A stretch of DNA of 64,000 nucleotides from Clostridiales bacterium. GTDB lineage: Bacteria > Bacillota > Clostridia > Oscillospirales > CAG-272. The notes under the pieces are model-generated. The model ran no database searches, was not told the origin of the DNA, and saw nothing but the letters and a program-made list of their open reading frames with translations. Positions 59,043 to 64,000 of this stretch are shown piece by piece (positions within the stretch are counted from its first letter, which is position 1; each line of letters starts with the position of its first letter). The DNA is taken from positions 158 to 64,157 of the forward strand of contig JAAYQM010000014.1 in NCBI GenBank assembly GCA_012519315.1. Direction: 5' to 3'. Position numbers and translations under genes: made by a program.

Positions 59043-59651
59043 TTATTTTGATCGCGACTTTATAACCTTCAGGGCGGCGAACTGGTCACGTTCCCGCTCT
59101 TCAAGGGAGCTAGAAATATAGCGTATTTTTTCCTCAAGACGGGGTATGACAATACTCTGCAGGGCGTTGGCCCGTTTTTTTGCCTGTTTAATGGCAGAGG
59201 AAAGGCGGAAAATACTGTTCTCAAGGGCGGCGGCTTGTGCCGCCATTTTTTTAGCCCAAATAAACTTTATATAGGCTTCGTCAAGGGTAATATTTGTCGT
59301 CTGAAACCCGTAGTGAGGGTGCTCGGGAGGGGGAGCAATTCTCACCTCGGGAATTTCAATTCCCATGACCGAGCGATATCTCACGCTGAGATCATTCCAT
59401 TCGGGAGTTGTTTTTGCCGCCTGTGCCACCCGGTTCTGTCCGGAAAATATATTCGCTACACGCAACGCCTCATAGGCTTCTGTAAACGCCGCTTCGATCT
59501 CTTTGCGGATATCTCCGGCCTCCTTCATCAGCCGCAGCATTTCACGCAGCATGATATTCCGCTTTCGATCCAGCAAATCATAGCCACGCTTTGCAAGCTC
59601 AAGGGAACGCATAGACTGCATGAGATTAGCTTTGGTCGGGAAATCGTTCAT
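59043..59651 (-). CDS. ntpD: V-type ATP synthase subunit D
   Basis: 202 aa. PTKANLMQSMRSLELAKRGYDLLDRKRNIMLREM is the typical subunit D coiled coil. Confidence 0.9.
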   Translation of the reverse strand: MNDFPTKANLMQSMRSLELAKRGYDLLDRKRNIMLREMLRLMKEAGDIRKEIEAAFTEAYEALRVANIFSGQNRVAQAAKTTPEWNDLSVRYRSVMGIEIPEVRIAPPPEHPHYGFQTTNITLDEAYIKFIWAKKMAAQAAALENSIFRLSSAIKQAKKRANALQSIVIPRLEEKIRYISSSLEERERDQFAALKVIKSRSK

Positions 59652-59675
59652 TATGATTTATCCCTTCTTAGATAA

Positions 59676-61046
59676 TTAAATATGGGGATTATAATAGTTA
59701 TCCAGCAGTTTTTTGTCCAATCGGTCAAGCTCCTCGATAGGAAGCATTGAAAGCAGCTCCCAGCCAAGGTCAAGAGATTGCTCTATGGTGCGGGAGTCGG
59801 TTTTTGATTGACCGATAAATTGACGCTCAAATTGCCTGCCGAAGGCTAAATAAAGCTTGTCAATGGGAGAGAGATCGGTCTCCCCGATTACGCCGGCAAG
59901 AGCGCGTGCCTCTTGCGCTTTCGCATAGGAGGCGTAGAGTTGCCCCGCTAAGGCTGCATGGTCGTCACGGGTATATTTTTCGCCGATACCGTCCTTCATC
60001 AGCCGGGAGAGGGACATGAGAACCGAAACAGGGGGGTAGATTCCCTTTTGCTCCAGACCTCGGTCAAGGACAATCTGTCCTTCGGTAATGTATCCGGTCA
60101 GGTCCGGGATTGGGTGGGTGATATCATCGTTCGGCATCGTCAGAATGGGAATTTGCGTCACTGAACCCGGACGGCCCTTGATGCGCCCCGCTCTTTCATA
60201 AAGGGAGGCGAGGTCGGAGTACATATAGCCGGGATAGCCTTTGCGACCGGGGATTTCTCCCTTTGATGAGGACAGCTCACGCAAAGCTTCGGCATAGGAG
60301 GTCATGTCGGTCATGATAACAAGAATGTCCATGCCGTGGGCAAAGGCAAGATGCTCGGCGGCTGTAAGAGCGCAGCGGGGGGTAAGGATTCTTTCAATAA
60401 TCGGGTCATTGGCCAGATTTATAAACATTGCAACGTGGGATAGCGCGCCCGATTCCTCAAAGGATTGCTTAAAGTATTCGGCAACATCGCTTTTGACACC
60501 CATGGCGGCAAAGACAATTCCGTAGCTCTTGCTCATAGTTGCTGCCTGCCGTGCTATTTGAACGGCAAGCTGGTTGTGACTCATTCCCGCGCCGCTGAAA
60601 ATCGGCAGCTTTTGCCCGCGAATCAAGGTAATTAAACCGTCTATTGAGGAAAAGCCGGTGGCGATATAATCTCTGGGATATTCGCGCATGACCGGATTAA
60701 GAGGGCTGCCGTTAATGTCCGGCTGTGCTTCGGGATATATTTCTCCAAGTCGGTCGGTCGCCTTACCAGTACCGTTGAAGACACGGCCCAGCATATCCTT
60801 GCTGACATTTATAGACATTGGTCGACCGGTCAATCTTGTTCGTGTGTTTGAAAGGGACAGACCGGATGTACCCTCGAAAACTTGAATGACAGCACGATCC
60901 CCTTCGATTGTAATGACTCGTCCGGTGCGGATGTCATTTTCATTGCAGTGAATTTCCACCAGCTCCTCATAGCAGCTTTCTCTGATGCCGTCAAGCACAA
61001 TAAGGGGACCGTTGATTTCTTTGAGTCCGATATATTCTATATTCAT
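59676..61046 (-). CDS. ntpB: V-type ATP synthase subunit B
   Basis: 456 aa. Contains [17 protein letters not shown], the regulatory beta-type nucleotide site and [22 protein letters not shown]. Confidence 0.95.
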   Translation of the reverse strand: MNIEYIGLKEINGPLIVLDGIRESCYEELVEIHCNENDIRTGRVITIEGDRAVIQVFEGTSGLSLSNTRTRLTGRPMSINVSKDMLGRVFNGTGKATDRLGEIYPEAQPDINGSPLNPVMREYPRDYIATGFSSIDGLITLIRGQKLPIFSGAGMSHNQLAVQIARQAATMSKSYGIVFAAMGVKSDVAEYFKQSFEESGALSHVAMFINLANDPIIERILTPRCALTAAEHLAFAHGMDILVIMTDMTSYAEALRELSSSKGEIPGRKGYPGYMYSDLASLYERAGRIKGRPGSVTQIPILTMPNDDITHPIPDLTGYITEGQIVLDRGLEQKGIYPPVSVLMSLSRLMKDGIGEKYTRDDHAALAGQLYASYAKAQEARALAGVIGETDLSPIDKLYLAFGRQFERQFIGQSKTDSRTIEQSLDLGWELLSMLPIEELDRLDKKLLDNYYNPHI

Positions 61047-61052
61047 CAGATA

Positions 61053-62828
61053 TCATCCTTCATTTTCGTGTTCGCTGATAACTGTCCTGATATCGGCGTT
61101 GATCTCGTCTGTCAGCTGATCAAATCTGTCAAGTTCATCGTTGGGAATCTCATATTTGCTTTTGATCAGCTTGTCAAAGATACCGCGTTCCTTAAGTCGT
61201 GTTATAGGAATTTGGCGGGCTGTGATTTCTCGCGCTCCGTTATAGAGGGCGACGATGACCTTCATAAATCGATATTGCTTGCCGATTGGTACAAAGGAAT
61301 CGTTTTGGTGCAGGGCATTCTGTTGCAAAAATCCGACTCTGATTATTCTTGCGATCTCAAGAATCAGCTTTTGGTCATCGGCCAGAAGATCCGCTCCTAT
61401 TAGCTTGACAATCTCCATCAGCTCGCTTTCTTCGTTTAATAGGCGAATTATCTCGGCACGCAGGTCAATAAAATCATCGGCAACCTCCTTTGAAAACCAT
61501 GGCGACAACTCGTCGACATATTCGCTATAGCTGAGATTCCAGTTGACGGCCGGATAATGACGAGCGTAGGCCAGAGATTTTTCCAGCCCCCAGAAGCAGC
61601 GGGTAAAACGCTTGGTGTTTTGGGTGACCGGTTCGGAAAAATCGTTCCCTTGGGGGGATACGGCGCCGATGACTGTAATCGATCCTTCACCACCGTTTAA
61701 GGTACTGACCCGCCCCGCCCGCTCATAAAAGGCGGCAAGCCTTGAGGGAAGATAGGCGGGATATCCTTCTTCCGCAGGCATTTCTTCAAGGCGACCGGAA
61801 ATTTCCCGCAACGCCTCTGCCCAACGTGAGGTGGAGTCGGCCATTAGCGCCACATGATAACCCATGTCGCGATAGTATTCGGCAATGGTGATGCCAGTGT
61901 AAATCGATGCCTCGCGGGCCGCAACCGGCATATTAGAGGTGTTGGCGATGAGAACGGTTCGATCCAGCAGGCTTTGACCGGTTCTGGGGTCGACAAGCTC
62001 GGAAAATTCGGTAAGTGCCTGGGTCATTTCGTTGCCCCGTTCGCCGCAGCCCACATAAATGATGATGTCCGCATCGCTGTATTTTGCCAATTGATGCTGC
62101 AGCATGGTTTTGCCGGTGCCAAATCCTCCGGGAATGGCGGAGGCGCCCCCTTTTGCAATGGGAAACAGGGTATCGATAACTCGCTGACCGGTGATGAGGG
62201 GCTCGTTTATCGGAAGTCTTTGGGCAATAGGGCGGGGCATTCGAATCGGCCAATGCTGCACAAGGGAGATGTTGTGTCGCTCGCCCTTATCATTCATAAT
62301 GGTTACAATTTTGTCGGTTGCTTTGTATTGTCGGCTGGAAGCGACATAAACGACCCTCCCTGAGAGATTCGGCGGAATCATAATCCTATGGATAATGGAG
62401 GGAGTCTCTTGGCAGGTGGCAATCACAGTCCCCGGAGTGACAGTATTATTAATCTTTGTCCTAATTTCAACCGACCAAAGCCGTTCGATGTCAATGGCGG
62501 GGATATCAAGCCCGGGCTTGATAAAGGGACCGCTGATATCGGCTATTTTTTCAAGGGGCCGGGCAATGCCGTCATAAATGGATCGAAGCATACCCGGACC
62601 GAGGGCACAAGCCATAAGCCCACCGCTGGGAGTCACAATCTCTCCGGGGCGAAGCCCTGTGGTGCTTTCGTAAACCTGTATGACGGTATGGTTATCGGAT
62701 ATTCCGATGACCTCTCCGATCAGTCGGTTATCTCCCACATAAACCATTTCAAGCATACCGAGGGAGGTTCTCCCCTTAATGGTGACAACTGGTCCGTTGA
62801 TTCCGTGTATTTTTAATTCAGATGACAT
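61053..62828 (-). CDS. ntpA: V-type ATP synthase subunit A (catalytic)
   Basis: Starts [19 protein letters not shown]. Walker A GGFGTGKT and [20 protein letters not shown] are present. The ORF-track TTG at 62870 adds 14 non-conserved residues. Confidence 0.95.
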   Translation of the reverse strand: MSSELKIHGINGPVVTIKGRTSLGMLEMVYVGDNRLIGEVIGISDNHTVIQVYESTTGLRPGEIVTPSGGLMACALGPGMLRSIYDGIARPLEKIADISGPFIKPGLDIPAIDIERLWSVEIRTKINNTVTPGTVIATCQETPSIIHRIMIPPNLSGRVVYVASSRQYKATDKIVTIMNDKGERHNISLVQHWPIRMPRPIAQRLPINEPLITGQRVIDTLFPIAKGGASAIPGGFGTGKTMLQHQLAKYSDADIIIYVGCGERGNEMTQALTEFSELVDPRTGQSLLDRTVLIANTSNMPVAAREASIYTGITIAEYYRDMGYHVALMADSTSRWAEALREISGRLEEMPAEEGYPAYLPSRLAAFYERAGRVSTLNGGEGSITVIGAVSPQGNDFSEPVTQNTKRFTRCFWGLEKSLAYARHYPAVNWNLSYSEYVDELSPWFSKEVADDFIDLRAEIIRLLNEESELMEIVKLIGADLLADDQKLILEIARIIRVGFLQQNALHQNDSFVPIGKQYRFMKVIVALYNGAREITARQIPITRLKERGIFDKLIKSKYEIPNDELDRFDQLTDEINADIRTVISEHENEG

Positions 62829-62942
62829 AATAGCATGATTTTCTAGTCCCGGAGTTGAAAAATCAGGCAATGCCGGATAGCGCAGACACTGCTGCTGTTT
62901 TTCATAAGAGTTGCGGGGACTAGCCCTTTCACTGTTGGTAAT

Positions 62943-63596
62943 TCAGACAGAAGACCCCTCTTTGTCGCTTGAGCCGTAAACCGGCTTTACCAGCTTTATG
63001 AGATGCTCGTGCTGGCGTTTCAATCTTTCATCAAGTGTTTCGTTTATCAGAATACGACCGCTGTCAGATAAAAAACGGATACCGCCAAAGCAAATACTTT
63101 TTTCCGGAAGGATATCGATTATCTTCTCTTTAAGGTCGGGATGTGCGGCAACTGCCGAGAGCAGATCCTTTTTATATTGCATATCCCCCTCCGAGAGATA
63201 TAAAACAAAGGAGAGGTTTTGTTTTTTCAATATGTTGATACAAAGATCGATTAAAAAGACCTTGTAGTCCGGAGATTTAACAAAGGAATCAAGACGGGCA
63301 TGCAGCTTTTCTGCCACTGTTTTTTGTATCTTTTCGCGATAAAGCTGCAGCTCCTTTTGTTTTTTCAGGGAGTGTTGAGAAAGATGTTGCCCGCTTTTTT
63401 GGCGCAGGCTGTTAATTTCCCTTGCGAGATAATCGAGGGCGTCGTTTCGGATTTTTTCCTTGCCGGCTGCCAGCAGATGCTTGTATCTGATCTCAGTTTC
63501 GCTTACGATGCGTTTGCGCTCGGTCTCCGCCATGCTGATAACCTCGTCGGCAAAGCGTTGTAATTTTTCATTTTCACTGTATGGCATTTGTATCAA
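62943..63596 (-). CDS. ntpE: V-type ATP synthase subunit E (peripheral stalk)
   Basis: 217 aa. It has a long charged N-terminal helix and a globular C-terminus with CFGGIRFLSDSGRILINETLDERL, resembling the subunit E C-terminal motif. Confidence 0.6.
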   Translation of the reverse strand: MIQMPYSENEKLQRFADEVISMAETERKRIVSETEIRYKHLLAAGKEKIRNDALDYLAREINSLRQKSGQHLSQHSLKKQKELQLYREKIQKTVAEKLHARLDSFVKSPDYKVFLIDLCINILKKQNLSFVLYLSEGDMQYKKDLLSAVAAHPDLKEKIIDILPEKSICFGGIRFLSDSGRILINETLDERLKRQHEHLIKLVKPVYGSSDKEGSSV

Positions 63597-63647
63597 CCCT
63601 TTTTTTATTTTGACAGATTTGGTTTTGTTGCGGTATCAATTTACCGT

Positions 63648-63956
63648 TTAAATCTGTATGCCCACCGAGGATTTGACAACATCGGAGATAGAGGAGGTCT
63701 TGTCCTTATAGCCGTGGCGATCGGGGATTTCGTAAAATATTATCCGTGGGTTCCCTTCCGTTTTGCTGATGATAATATCTTCAGCAATTTCCCGTAGCTT
63801 GCTTGTGTAGAGAATCATACCGTATTCCGGGTTTTGCAGAGCCTTATCCAGAGCGGCAGAAAGTGTTTCTCGGTTGTGAACAACAACACTCTTAACGCCG
63901 GCAAGCCGCATGCCGATGGCGGTGTCGGTATTGTCGGTTAACAGAAAGATCTTCAT
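63648..63956 (-). CDS. ntpF: V-type ATP synthase subunit F
   Basis: 102 aa. Contains MKIFLLTDNTDTAIGMRLAGV... and ...IIFYEIPDRHG, a typical subunit F fold signature. Confidence 0.8.
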   Translation of the reverse strand: MKIFLLTDNTDTAIGMRLAGVKSVVVHNRETLSAALDKALQNPEYGMILYTSKLREIAEDIIISKTEGNPRIIFYEIPDRHGYKDKTSSISDVVKSSVGIQI

Positions 63957-63961
63957 ATCAG

Positions 63962-64000
63962 TTATAGTTTATCGATGATTTGAATGGAAATCAGCATACC
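63962..64000 (-). CDS. 3' end of an upstream V-ATPase operon gene (truncated by the window)
   Basis: The minus-strand frame reads ...GMLISIQIIDKL-TAA. The stop lies 5 nt before the ntpF ATG, which is operon-like packing. Too little sequence is present to identify it. Confidence 0.3.
   Translation of the reverse strand, partial: GMLISIQIIDKL

Noticed and set aside
60882-62363. 173-aa and 169-aa plus-strand ORFs (60882..61403 and 61854..62363)
   Set aside because: They are antisense to ntpB and ntpA and are shadow ORFs.

Overview
This is a 64-kb chromosomal window from a Firmicute, probably a Clostridia-class anaerobe. That assignment is an inference from several features: an hrcA-grpE-dnaK-dnaJ-prmA operon with a CIRCE operator, a V-type ATPase, PduL, a SleB-type hydrolase, TepA, and GGAGG Shine-Dalgarno (SD) sites with some TTG/GTG starts. 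Most of the window is housekeeping. It carries heat-shock chaperones, uvrBA, a csoR-copA copper module, sulfur amino-acid genes (Rrf2 regulator, cysK, metY), hisS, trmB, nrdR and pyk. It also carries a GldA/F/G-like ABC-2 cluster, tepA, pduL with a NifU-like/GGGtGRT pair, a heterodimeric ABC exporter, purF, a lipid kinase, nadE, tcdA, pflA, V-ATPase F-E-A-B-D and one tRNA-Arg(ACG). I saw no rRNA, CRISPR array, transposase or integrase. The stand-out is a three-gene minus-strand operon at 14829..20142: a TerB-N/TerB-C protein, a DUF2791-like P-loop ATPase and an Lhr-like DEVH helicase. Its architecture matches the Ter-associated triad now called the Shango anti-phage system, whose mechanism is unknown. 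It sits in a small accessory block between uvrBA and tRNA-Arg. Secondary observations are: a promoter, mini-ORF and terminator leader in front of the asymmetric ABC exporter; the uncharacterised PduL/NifU-like/GGGtGRT cluster; a DUF4886 gene broken by one in-frame TAA; a hairpin separating the dnaJ SD from its start codon; an orphan pflA at the end of the V-ATPase operon; and several unexplained structured intergenic regions. All functional calls come from reading the translations and motifs by eye. No database search was run.
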